DNA of 64,000 nucleotides. Source: an uncultured bacterium (GTDB lineage Bacteria > Actinomycetota > Acidimicrobiia > Spongiisociales > UBA5794). Position 1 is the stretch's first letter. Each line of letters begins with the position of its first letter. The stretch is taken from NCBI GenBank assembly GCA_963801165.1, contig CAWDDT010000005.1, positions 96,001 through 160,000 of the forward strand, written 5' to 3'. The position numbers were made by a program, and so were the translations under genes. Of the stretch, positions 31,383 through 40,764 are shown piece after piece. The notes under the pieces are model-generated. The model made no database searches and was not told where the DNA came from. It was given only the letters and a program-made list of their open reading frames with translations.

Positions 31383-31445
31383 CTTGCATTGGTCTCTTGC
31401 ATTGGTCTATTTCACACGTATACTAAAAGTATTGCACAAGTGTGA
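31383..31445 (+). promoter_or_regulatory. Probable sigma70-type promoter of the padR-sulfatase operon, overlapped by repeats
   Basis: TTGCAT (31397) - 16 bp - TATACT (31419); 13-bp tandem duplication; ATACT-aaa-AGTAT inverted repeat. Confidence 0.55.
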
Positions 31446-31463
31446 TACCTCGGAGAGGCGGGG

Positions 31464-32123
31464 ATGAGCCGAACAAAGCTGGAGCTGATCTTGCTCGGAG
31501 TCCTGCTGCAACGGCCGCAGACAGGCTATGACCTGACCGGATTCATGGACAAGGCCGGCCGATTCATGCGCGACAACACGTCGATGACCCAGGTGTATCG
31601 ATCCCTACGACAGATGGAAGAACTCGGCTGGCTCACCCACACCGTCGAGCCGAGACCGGGGGCGCAGGACGCCAAGCGCTACGCCGTCACCGACGAGGGT
31701 CACGACACCTTCATCCACTGGCTGAACGAGCCCTACCGCCCTTCGGAGCAGCCGGGTGGCGGAGCCTTCTTCACCCTGCTGCGCTTCCGCGCCACATATA
31801 TAGGAGTCGACTCCGTACTGGACCTCCTCGACACCGAGATCGCATATCGCAAGACGCAGATCGCAACGAACCGGTACCGCGACCGGACCGAATGGGTCGA
31901 CACGACCGTGTCCTTCGACGATGAACTGGCCGGCGCCGTCATGGACTGGATCCACCATCGAGGCGCCGACCGCATGGACCGACATCTCGAGTCCTGCCTC
32001 GAGCTGAGGGCAGCTCTAGCGCATGGCGAGCTGCCACTCGACAGTTGCCCCAATCCGCTGCTCCGCACCGGCGAGTACCGCGGTCCCGAGCTCACCCCCG
32101 CCATGGAGAGGAGCGCCCGATGA
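31464..32123 (+). CDS. PadR-family transcriptional regulator
   Basis: LLGVLLQRPQTGYDL, QVYRSLRQMEELGW, KRYAVTDEG. Confidence 0.9.
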   Translation: MSRTKLELILLGVLLQRPQTGYDLTGFMDKAGRFMRDNTSMTQVYRSLRQMEELGWLTHTVEPRPGAQDAKRYAVTDEGHDTFIHWLNEPYRPSEQPGGGAFFTLLRFRATYIGVDSVLDLLDTEIAYRKTQIATNRYRDRTEWVDTTVSFDDELAGAVMDWIHHRGADRMDRHLESCLELRAALAHGELPLDSCPNPLLRTGEYRGPELTPAMERSAR

Positions 32124-33886
32124 GAGCGATCATCCTGATGTACGACAGCCTCAACCGGCACATGTTGCCGCCGTACGGCGACACTTTCGTGCAGACTCCC
32201 AACTTCGAGCGTCTCGCCGAGCGCACCGTGATGTTCGACAACTACTACGCCGGTTCGATGCCGTGCATGCCTGCCCGCAGGGAGATGCATACCGGCCGGT
32301 ACAACTTCCTCCACCGCAGCTGGGGACCCCTCGAGCCATTCGACGACTCGGTCTTCGAGATGCTGAAGAACGCCGGAATCCACACGCACCTGGCTTCCGA
32401 CCACCCCCACTACTGGGAGGACGGCGGGGCCACCTACCACACCCGCTATTCGACGTGGGAGTTCTTCCGCGGCCAGGAGGGTGATCCGTGGAAGGGTGTC
32501 GTTGATGCACCCCCCGACGAGATCGGCGGGATGTTCGGTCGGATGCGACGACAGGATGCGGTGAACCGCTCGTACATGCCTACCGAGATGGACCATAACC
32601 AGACGCAGACCGTCGATGCCGGCATCCACTTCCTCGAGACCAACGTCGGCGCCGACAACTGGCTTCTCCAGCTCGAGCTGTTCGACCCGCATGAGCCTTT
32701 CTTCGTGCACGAGGACTACAAGAAGCTCTACGCCGACGACTACGAGGGACCCGAGTTCGACTGGCCCCCGTACAGCAAAGTCACCGAGGGGGCGGACAAG
32801 GCCAAGCACGCCCGCAACGCCTACGCAGCCCTGGTGACGATGTGCGACCACTCGCTGGGCAGGGTGCTCGACTTCATGGACGGCCACGACATGTGGGACG
32901 ACACCATGCTGATCGTCAACACCGATCACGGCTACCTGCTCGGTGAGCACGGGTGGTGGGCCAAGGGTGTGATGCCCTGGTACAACGAGCTGGTCCATCT
33001 CCCCTTCTTCATCTGGGACCCCCGCACCAGGGGGCGGGAGGCTCACTCGACTGTGTTGGCTCAGACCATCGACCTGGCACCAACACTTCTCCGCTATTTC
33101 GGTGTCGAGCCGACCGCCGACATGCAGGGACACGACCTGGCAGAGGCCTTGAACGACGGCGTGCTCCCGCGTGAAGGTGGCCTCTTCGGCTTGCACGGCG
33201 CGCATGTGAACGTCACCGACGGACGGTGGGTCTACATGCGGGCCGCCGACAATCCGGAGAACGCTCCGCTCGAAGAATTCACGCTCATGCCGACACACAT
33301 GCGTTCCCGCTTCCGCCCATCCGAACTCGCCGGGTGGGAGCCCGCCGAACCATTCTCCTTCACCAAGGGCGTGCGCACGATGAGGGTGCCGGCGGGTTCG
33401 CCGTTCATCAATCCATGGCAGCACGGGACTCTTCTCTTCGATCTGGAGAACGACCCGGAACAGAACCACCCGGTCATCAACGACGAAGTCGAGCTTCGCA
33501 TGCTCGGTCTTCTCGTCGATCTCATGCGCGCCACCGACGCCCCGCAGAGCCAGTTCGACCGCCTCGGGCTCCCCGCCACAGGGGCGCCGACCGAGGCTCA
33601 CTTGCGTGTCGCCACCGACGCCGGGCGGGCAGCCGAAACCGCCGAACCGGTGCCACCGGTCGAAGGCCTGACGGCGGCACCGATCCTGCAGATGCCGTTG
33701 GCGGTGGCGATCGAGGACCCGGTGTCCGGCCCGATCCTCAGGGAGTACGTTGCCGATCTGGTCTCGAGCGAGTTTCTCACGATCGCACCAAACGTCAGCG
33801 TGCTCGACCTCGTGGCGAGAGCACAGCTCCCGGTGGCGACACTGCGGGAGATTGATGCCCGGCTCGCCCGCTCCCGCCGTCGGTGA
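32120..33886 (+). CDS. Cys-type (formylglycine) sulfatase with C-terminal extension
   Basis: YDSLNR, CMPAR..MHTGRY (CxPxR), FDPHEP, NTDHG.LLGEH, LFDLENDP; no signal peptide. Confidence 0.92.
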   Translation: MRAIILMYDSLNRHMLPPYGDTFVQTPNFERLAERTVMFDNYYAGSMPCMPARREMHTGRYNFLHRSWGPLEPFDDSVFEMLKNAGIHTHLASDHPHYWEDGGATYHTRYSTWEFFRGQEGDPWKGVVDAPPDEIGGMFGRMRRQDAVNRSYMPTEMDHNQTQTVDAGIHFLETNVGADNWLLQLELFDPHEPFFVHEDYKKLYADDYEGPEFDWPPYSKVTEGADKAKHARNAYAALVTMCDHSLGRVLDFMDGHDMWDDTMLIVNTDHGYLLGEHGWWAKGVMPWYNELVHLPFFIWDPRTRGREAHSTVLAQTIDLAPTLLRYFGVEPTADMQGHDLAEALNDGVLPREGGLFGLHGAHVNVTDGRWVYMRAADNPENAPLEEFTLMPTHMRSRFRPSELAGWEPAEPFSFTKGVRTMRVPAGSPFINPWQHGTLLFDLENDPEQNHPVINDEVELRMLGLLVDLMRATDAPQSQFDRLGLPATGAPTEAHLRVATDAGRAAETAEPVPPVEGLTAAPILQMPLAVAIEDPVSGPILREYVADLVSSEFLTIAPNVSVLDLVARAQLPVATLREIDARLARSRRR

Positions 33887-33986
33887 CTTATTGCCGCACC
33901 CCGGACGGCGCAGGTTCATCGTCACCACCGGTGACCGGACGGCGATACCCTCACCGCATCGAACGAGGGCGGATCGGGAGTTGTGA

Positions 33987-35396
33987 ATGACAACCGAAGC
34001 GAGCAAGAGCAGCGCCGTGGCCGCATCGGACCTCAAGGTGTGGTCTCCGGAGTTCGTCCATGTGCTGGCGAAGCCGACCGGTGCGATCTGCAATCTGGGT
34101 TGTAGCTATTGCTATTACCTGGACAAGGAGGCGATGTATCCGGGCGACCGGTTTCGCATGTCGGACGAGGTCGCCGAGGAATACGTCCGGCAGACGATTG
34201 GGATGCACCGCACCCCCGAGGTGTCGATCTCGTGGCAGGGTGGCGAGCCCACGCTCATGGGAGTGGGCTTCTTCGAGAAGGTGATGGCGCTCGAAGAGAA
34301 ATACCATCGGCCGGGGCAGAAGATCCTCAACACGATCCAGACCAACGGCACGCTACTGACCGATGAATGGGCTGCGTTCCTCGCCGAGCATGACTTCCTC
34401 GTCGGGATCAGCATCGACGGGCCGCAGCCACTCCACGACGCCTACCGGGTGGACAAGCGGGGTGGCGGCTCGTTCGAGAAGGTGATGCGCGGGCTGCGGT
34501 TGCTGCAGAAACACGGGGTGGACTTCAATATCCTCACTACCGTCAACCGTATCAACGCCGACTATCCGCTCGACGTCTACCGGTTCCTGCGGGACGAGGC
34601 AGGCGCCGACTGGATCCAGTTCATCCCGATCGTTGAGCGGGTCGATGAATCGGGACGCCCGGCGGACATGACGGGCACATTGGTTTCCGATCGGTCGGTG
34701 CGTGCCGGACAGTTCGGCGAGTTCCTCGCCACAGTCTTCGACGAATGGGTTCGCAACGATGTCGGCAAAGTCTTCGTGCAGACCTTCGAAGCGGCGGTCG
34801 CCAACTGGGCGGGGATGCCATCGTCGGGCCTCTGCGTGTTTGACGAGACCTGTGGCCGCGGCGTCGCTCTCGAGCACAACGGTGATCTCTATTCCTGTGA
34901 TCACTATGTAGACCCCGACTTCCGTCTCGGCAACATCACCGAGACCCCGATCGGCGATCTCGTCTCGTCCGAGAGACAGCATCGGTTCGGGATGGACAAG
35001 CGCGACTCTTTGCCTGCGTTCTGCCGCAGCTGCGACGTCCGGTTCGCCTGTCACGGTGAATGCCCGAAGAACCGGTTCATCACAACACCAGACGGCGAGC
35101 CCGGTCTCAACTACCTGTGCGCCGGCTACAAGAGGTTCTTCCATCACATCGACCGGCCGCTACGGCTCATGATCGACGTCCTCCGATCCGGTCGGCTCGC
35201 CGCATCCGTGATGGATGTCCTGACAGCCGAAGACGCCGCCTTCGAGAAGGCCCTCCGCCAAACCGGTAGGAACGACCCATGTCCCTGTGGCAGCGGTCGG
35301 AAGACAAAACAATGCCACGGTGCGCCGCCCGACGCCACCACCAAGCCGATATCGATCCAACCGGCGCCGCCCCGCCCCCCGATCAGATCGGCGTAG
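33987..35396 (+). CDS. Anaerobic sulfatase maturase (radical SAM/SPASM) with C-terminal SEC-C motif
   Basis: [37 protein letters not shown]....[29 protein letters not shown]. Confidence 0.95.
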   Translation: MTTEASKSSAVAASDLKVWSPEFVHVLAKPTGAICNLGCSYCYYLDKEAMYPGDRFRMSDEVAEEYVRQTIGMHRTPEVSISWQGGEPTLMGVGFFEKVMALEEKYHRPGQKILNTIQTNGTLLTDEWAAFLAEHDFLVGISIDGPQPLHDAYRVDKRGGGSFEKVMRGLRLLQKHGVDFNILTTVNRINADYPLDVYRFLRDEAGADWIQFIPIVERVDESGRPADMTGTLVSDRSVRAGQFGEFLATVFDEWVRNDVGKVFVQTFEAAVANWAGMPSSGLCVFDETCGRGVALEHNGDLYSCDHYVDPDFRLGNITETPIGDLVSSERQHRFGMDKRDSLPAFCRSCDVRFACHGECPKNRFITTPDGEPGLNYLCAGYKRFFHHIDRPLRLMIDVLRSGRLAASVMDVLTAEDAAFEKALRQTGRNDPCPCGSGRKTKQCHGAPPDATTKPISIQPAPPRPPIRSA

Positions 35397-35906
35397 AGGC
35401 CTGTATGCCCACCAGGAGTTGTTCGGTCACGCCGAACACAAGGTTCCTGCGTCCCGGGGTTCGCTCGGAGAGGGAGCGCCAAACCTGTGGGCGGAATCCA
35501 TCTGTTGTCATCCGTTGCCGGAGAGGCTGCCAAGTTGTTGGCTGAGCTCGTCGCTGTAGAGATAATCCTCAGCCGGGCAAGGCGTTTTCCGAAAGACGCA
35601 CTGGCTCGACCGCCGACTTGTTCTTCGCGGGGTTTGGGGTGAACAACAGCGCGTTCTACGAGGACACAGAAGCCCGGGTATGAATCTTTGAGGGTGTCGT
35701 AGTCGCGCTGCGGGCGCACGCGACTCAAGCGGCTTTGGACGACCTAATCGCCCTCGCATCCGGACGAAGCGCGTCGATGGTGTGTTTGTCCCGGGCCAGC
35801 AACCGGCTAGGAGGGTGGTGATCAATCGCGGTGAAGGCTCGCAGTGCCCGAGAAATCATCGTCTTCGAGACATGCCATCGAGCCTGAACTCGAATTCAGC
35901 ACACTC

Positions 35907-37310
35907 CTAAGCGCGGAACACCTTGGCGAGGACTTCGCGGACCTGGGGGGTGAATTGCTCCTCGATCTGTGATGCGGCGACATCAGCCTCGGCGGCGACG
36001 CTCGCCAGCTCTTCCTCGATCCGCCGGAGACGGGCGTAGAACTCTTCAGGGGGGATGCGCAGGAACCAGGGGCGCAGGTCGACGAGGACGAGCCGGCACC
36101 ACCACGGGAGCCTCGTATACTCCGCGCCCAAGGCGATCGCGCCACCCGCCGCCGAGCTCTGGGTGAAGTTGGGCGTGTCCCTCGCGTCCTTCACCATATC
36201 GGCGTAGCTGAACGCCTCGGACGCGGCGATCTCGCCGTTGTGGTCGGTGTCGGGATCGAGCGAGAGCGCGCCGCCGAAGCAGTCGTGCCCGGCCTGTGCG
36301 GCGACCCAGTCCCGGGCGAACGGGTCCCAGTTCCCGTCAGCCGTGACGTAGGAGTTGTTCGGCTCGGTGGCCGCCGAGGCGACGCTCGTGGCGTCGGCGG
36401 GACTTTGGTCGATGATCGGTTGGTTGAACCCTCCCGCGTGGCATTGCTCCATCATCACGATCAGCTTGCGGAACTCTGGTAGCTCGCCCAGCTTGGCCGC
36501 GAAGTCGTTGGCGTAGTAGCCGTCCCAGTTCGGATATGTGCAGAGGTTCGCGGTACCCGCCGTACCGTCCCACCCGCCGTGGTTGTTGGTGTGGATGAGC
36601 AACAGATCGTCGCGCTCGATTCTGCCCTTCAGGGTGTCAACGACTCCGTCGAGGGCTGCACGCGTTCCCGAACCGTTGATCTGGATCCGGTAGTTGGTGT
36701 TGTCGCCGGGCCACTGGCTCTGGACCCCGTCCTGGGTGTTGAGGGTTCCGTCGTAGCTAAGCGAGTAGATGTTCCCGGGCTCGAAACCGTAGGTGTCGAC
36801 CAGCGTCCGGTAGAGGAACTCCATGTCGTTGAGATGGCGCTTGTTCGTCATCCCTGCGTACAGCACGGCGTAGCGAGTGCCGACCGTCCTCCTTATGCAC
36901 GGGAAGATTGGTTGGGGGCGGAAGACCAGATCGTCGACGTAGCGAACCGGCTGGTGGAACGCGCTGAGCGTCTCGGGCGGTGCCTTCACCCAGGGCGGAA
37001 ACACGGCGGGCACGACGCGGTCGAGCTCACCGGTCTTGGCGTCGTGGAGTAGGTAACGGCAGTCATGGGCGAAGTTGGCCATGGGATCGTCGTCGGCGAA
37101 GACCAGCACGCTGGCGCGGGTCGCCCTGATGTTCTGCCGGCGCGGCCCGATCAACGTCCCTCGCCGGATGATCCTCTCATCGAGATGGAGGTTGGTGGTG
37201 GCCCGTTGGTGGTGGGCGAGAGCCGCAAACGCCTGTTCTCGAACGTTGGCCCACAGCTCGCTCCGGTCGATGCGGGCCCTGGTGTTTCTCCTGGGTGGGT
37301 TCTCCGGCAT
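35907..37310 (-). CDS. Clan CD cysteine peptidase (C13 legumain-like/caspase fold) with uncharacterised N-terminal domain
   Basis: YAVLYAG first strand, RHLND..FLYRTL, LLIHTNNHGG (catalytic His), IVMMEQCHAGGF (catalytic Cys), DTDHNGEIAASE Ca-loop-like motif; GGGAG RBS before ATG 37310. Confidence 0.8.
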   Translation of the reverse strand: MPENPPRRNTRARIDRSELWANVREQAFAALAHHQRATTNLHLDERIIRRGTLIGPRRQNIRATRASVLVFADDDPMANFAHDCRYLLHDAKTGELDRVVPAVFPPWVKAPPETLSAFHQPVRYVDDLVFRPQPIFPCIRRTVGTRYAVLYAGMTNKRHLNDMEFLYRTLVDTYGFEPGNIYSLSYDGTLNTQDGVQSQWPGDNTNYRIQINGSGTRAALDGVVDTLKGRIERDDLLLIHTNNHGGWDGTAGTANLCTYPNWDGYYANDFAAKLGELPEFRKLIVMMEQCHAGGFNQPIIDQSPADATSVASAATEPNNSYVTADGNWDPFARDWVAAQAGHDCFGGALSLDPDTDHNGEIAASEAFSYADMVKDARDTPNFTQSSAAGGAIALGAEYTRLPWWCRLVLVDLRPWFLRIPPEEFYARLRRIEEELASVAAEADVAASQIEEQFTPQVREVLAKVFRA

Positions 37311-37321
37311 GTTTCTCCCTC

Positions 37322-37687
37322 CTAGATCTCGGCGGCGGCAAGCACCGCGTCTGGAACCGACGGGGCCCGGTAGAGCACCCGCCATTCATACGGATCCGCG
37401 TCGCCCGCTCGGCGGAACGGCGGCAGGTGCGCATCCACCGTCCTCACTTCGCCGGACGCACGGCTCACGAGGACGAACAGCGCCGGATGGCTCCAGTTCG
37501 CCATCGGATCGAGGTCAACGAACGCCATCAGTGCGTCCCATGGGCTCGTGAATGCCATTTGGGGAAACTCGAGCATCGAGCCCGAGGCGACCGGTGTCAG
37601 TGCCACATAGACAGCGCAGTTGCACAAAGTCTCCGGGGAGAGCACGGCCATCACGGCTGCTCTGAGGTCTTCATCCGTGAGCGACAT
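37322..37687 (-). CDS. Hypothetical 121-aa protein homologous to the N-terminal domain of the downstream peptidase
   Basis: FVDLDPMANWSHP...GEV...PPF aligns with FADDDPMANFAHD...GEL...PPW; ends 11 bp before the peptidase start. Confidence 0.75.
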   Translation of the reverse strand: MSLTDEDLRAAVMAVLSPETLCNCAVYVALTPVASGSMLEFPQMAFTSPWDALMAFVDLDPMANWSHPALFVLVSRASGEVRTVDAHLPPFRRAGDADPYEWRVLYRAPSVPDAVLAAAEI

Positions 37688-38060
37688 TGATAACACCCAC
37701 CCCGGGGAGCGTCGTAGGTCTTGGTCCACCGAGCCCGTGCAGCCAGGCATCGGTATCCCGTACGCACGCCGTGAGAATGGTCATCCCTAGAGGCCCCTCC
37801 TGATGGCGGTGGTGCCGTATTCGGGCACCGAACGACGAGTGAACCGTACGTCGGAGACCAGCTCCGTGTCAACAGAAGGTGAGCCTTCAATCCTGTTTCG
37901 GATCACGTCGGCGCGGAGGTTCATCGCCGGTCCCGCGGCGGATCGCCCAGCAGTTTCACCTCGCGCTCTAGGTCACCGAAGAGCCGCATGTCGGCCGTCT
38001 TGACAGCTTTCGCCTGCACATGCTGTCAGGGAAGACGCTTCAAACAAGCGGTCGGGTCGA

Positions 38061-38135
38061 TGTTTGCTCCCGGGGAGATCGGTGACAGATCGTTCCGGAC
38101 ACATGTGTGACAGTGTTCCGGGGAGATGTGTGACA
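38061..38135. mobile_element. Orphan IS terminus, IS481-family-like (TGT end plus three 20-bp subterminal repeats); no transposase
   Basis: TGT at 38061, then TCCCGGGGAGATCGGTGACA (38068), TTCCGGACACATGTGTGACA (38093), TTCCGGGGAGATGTGTGACA (38116). Confidence 0.6.
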
Positions 38136-38440
38136 TCACCGAGCCCACCAGCCGGGTCACAAACGCTACGGAACTACCACAACATCTGCCACCAGTATCA
38201 ATCAGGCACGTCTCTTCTCGGGTAGTCGAACACCGACTGTGGCTGGCGGCGGCCATTCCTCGACCGGTCGAGAGCGGGCCTCTCCGCCTCGGTGCGTCGT
38301 AGGGCTCGGTGTTGTCAAGGTCAGCCGAGGGCTCGCATCCCGGACGGTCGTGCCGCGCCCCTGCGCAGGATCTCCCACCGACAGTCTCAGCAGAGCAGGA
38401 GCCCAAACGGCGTTCTCGCGGCAACTCACCTTGCCGGTGG

Positions 38441-39952
38441 CTACTCCTGGCCGGCCAGCTCCGCCTCGAGCAGGTATGGAACGTCCTGGACCTGACTCGC
38501 CGAATCGAACACCATCGCCGGTCCGGTGCTCCCAGCAGCCCGGACCCATCCGGGGTCACCGCTGTCGATGAAACGAACCCACGCTCGGTGCATGGTATCG
38601 GCAAGCTCCTGCGGAGGTTCGGCTCCGAGAACCTTCCGGACCCCCTCCGCGTCCAGGAGATCCCACACGAAAGGCAGCTCAGAGCAATGGAACGCCAAAC
38701 CCATGACCGGCGACACCCAGCGGAAGTCATAGAGCCACGTGCCGGCCGCGGTCGGGTCGGTGCGGGCCGCCACGACATCGAGCAGGGGGATGCGGAACAT
38801 CCGCTCGCTTATCAGCTGGCCGAGCACCTGCCCGCCATCGAACCCAGGGAACTGCCCCCGGAACACCCCGGCGGTCTCGGCATCGAGACCGGCTGCGGTC
38901 AGCAGGGACACAGCATCATGCCCCGACAACGAGTCGCGTAACCCATCCATCACCATGGTGAACTCGTGGGCATTGGCACCAAGCAGCAGAGGTTTGTCGC
39001 TGCCGACGCCTTCCGAGATCATCACCGGTGCACCTCGCGGAATCAGCGTGTCGTCGACATGGGGCACAAACGGCAGATTGTCGCCCGGCTCTCCGCCCGC
39101 CATCGCCCGCACCAGGGCGACCGCCCGATTGTCGGCGGACCCCTCCACGTCGGGATGGGCATATAGCTCGGCCTGACCGTCGAGGATCTGGTCCTCCGAC
39201 AGCGTCGACCAACCGGCTCTCGTTGCGGCGACCCCCATCCTTGTGGCAAAGCGCATTCCCAGCTCCCGTGCCGCCGCGAGGGGGCGATGCCGAATCACTC
39301 CGGACTCGGCGATCGCATGGGCGAACAACCGCTGCGAAGACGGCGTCGTCAGCAGGGTCAGCACCGCACTTCCCCCTGCCGACTGACCGGCAATGGTGAC
39401 CCGAGCCGGATCACCGCCGAAGGCTTCGATGTTCTCCTGCACCCATTGGAGAGCGGCAATCTGATCCAGAACCCCGCGGTTCGCCGGAGCATCCTCGATC
39501 CATCCAAAACCATCAAACCCGAGACGGTACGAGACCGAGACGGTGACCACTCCGTCGCGGTTGAATGACACGCCGTCATACCACGGGCTGGCCGGCGACC
39601 CGGCAAAGAACCCGCCCCCATGAATCCACACCAGGACCGGAAGACGGGCATCGCTGTCGGCCGGAGCGGGTGTGAAGACATTGACGTTCAGTGTCGAGTC
39701 ACCGGCAATCGAAGGCTCCGGGATCGTTGCCACCGGCCCAAACGGTCTGCGCTGCGGGGTTGATCCATACTCGCCGGCGTCGCGGATATCCGTCCACGGA
39801 GGGTGAGGGTGGGGGGCATCGAATCGGCGGTCGCCGACCGGAGGCGCCGCAAACGGAACACCGAGAAAAGCGGCGGAGCCCGATCTCCAGACGCCACGCA
39901 CCCGGCCGGTGCGGGTCGAAACTACGGGACGGGCCTCGGCAACATTGGTCAT
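38441..39952 (-). CDS. Type-B carboxylesterase/lipase
   Basis: FLGVPFAAPPVG.RRF, LPVLVWIHGGG, YRLG, nucleophile GQSAG, AFHCSELPF. Confidence 0.93.
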   Translation of the reverse strand: MTNVAEARPVVSTRTGRVRGVWRSGSAAFLGVPFAAPPVGDRRFDAPHPHPPWTDIRDAGEYGSTPQRRPFGPVATIPEPSIAGDSTLNVNVFTPAPADSDARLPVLVWIHGGGFFAGSPASPWYDGVSFNRDGVVTVSVSYRLGFDGFGWIEDAPANRGVLDQIAALQWVQENIEAFGGDPARVTIAGQSAGGSAVLTLLTTPSSQRLFAHAIAESGVIRHRPLAAARELGMRFATRMGVAATRAGWSTLSEDQILDGQAELYAHPDVEGSADNRAVALVRAMAGGEPGDNLPFVPHVDDTLIPRGAPVMISEGVGSDKPLLLGANAHEFTMVMDGLRDSLSGHDAVSLLTAAGLDAETAGVFRGQFPGFDGGQVLGQLISERMFRIPLLDVVAARTDPTAAGTWLYDFRWVSPVMGLAFHCSELPFVWDLLDAEGVRKVLGAEPPQELADTMHRAWVRFIDSGDPGWVRAAGSTGPAMVFDSASQVQDVPYLLEAELAGQE

Positions 39953-39991
39953 TGTTCAGGGCTCCTTGACTGAGATATCCACAACACGCTC

Positions 39992-40318
39992 CTAGCGGGC
40001 GAGCCAAATGAAAGCGGCAACCAGCGTGACCGTGGCCCCGCCTGCGGTGATGACAACTAGAGCGAGATTGAGCCTGCCATCGGGCAACTCACCCTCGCCA
40101 TGACGCAGGAACGCCAGCGTCCTGCGTGATCGCCTGGCGGCGAGCAACCCACATGCCAACCCGGCGACCGTGCCCACTCCCGCCAGGACCGCTCCCCCGC
40201 TTCCCAGCACGCTGGGAAGAAGACGCAGACCCACCAATCCGCCGACGACGATCGAGAGGGCAGTTCTCCTCCAAGCGAGATCGGTCCGTTCCGGCTGCAG
40301 CCCGGGGTCGTACATCAT
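39992..40318 (-). CDS. DUF202 (YidG/YidH-like) membrane protein
   Basis: DPGLQPERTDLAWRRTAL; three TM segments. Confidence 0.88.
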   Translation of the reverse strand: MMYDPGLQPERTDLAWRRTALSIVVGGLVGLRLLPSVLGSGGAVLAGVGTVAGLACGLLAARRSRRTLAFLRHGEGELPDGRLNLALVVITAGGATVTLVAAFIWLAR

Positions 40319-40761
40319 GGCTTGAAGTCCACAATGACACCCAAAAGCACCAGTCCGGCGAAGACCCCAACTGATATCACCAGCGGCAACGTAAGACGAG
40401 GCGACGGCAGCGGATCGTCACAGCGCATCGCGGCCTCCACCGACGCCCAATGCCCCCAGGCGAACACCGGAGTGGCTACTCCGAGCAAGAGCAGCAGCGT
40501 TGCACCGCCCAAACGCAGTACCGGAGGACCCGGGAGCTCGAGAGCAGCAACCGCTACACCTCCAGCGACGAATGCGAGGCCGGTGCGGATCCACGCCAGA
40601 AACGTTCGCTCGTTCGCAAGGCTGAATCTCGGATCCGGCTCAACACCCTGGCGATAGACCCGGGCAGGGAAGCGCCGCGCCGGCACCCCACCGAGACGCC
40701 GTGGCAGCTCCGGTATTGCGGCACCCTCACCGCTTCCCAATGGTCCTTCGTAATCCGCCAC
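40315..40761 (-). CDS. YidH/DUF202-family membrane protein
   Basis: EPDPRFSLANERTFLAWIRTGLA. Confidence 0.9.
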   Translation of the reverse strand: MADYEGPLGSGEGAAIPELPRRLGGVPARRFPARVYRQGVEPDPRFSLANERTFLAWIRTGLAFVAGGVAVAALELPGPPVLRLGGATLLLLLGVATPVFAWGHWASVEAAMRCDDPLPSPRLTLPLVISVGVFAGLVLLGVIVDFKP

Positions 40762-40764
40762 TCG

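Noticed and set aside
31733-34093. 786-aa minus-strand ORF
   Set aside because: Antisense shadow of padR/sulfatase, expected with high GC3; no recognisable motifs.
35397-35906. 500-bp lower-GC gap with short ORFs, and TGTTTGTCCCGGG near 35783 resembling the start of the IS-like end at 38061
   Set aside because: No convincing protein motif; the match is short, in direct orientation and lacks subterminal repeats. Possibly decayed DNA, but not supportable as a feature.
38068-38135. Possible mini-CRISPR array
   Set aside because: Repeats are separated by only 3-5 bp, with no spacers and no cas genes; better explained as an IS end.
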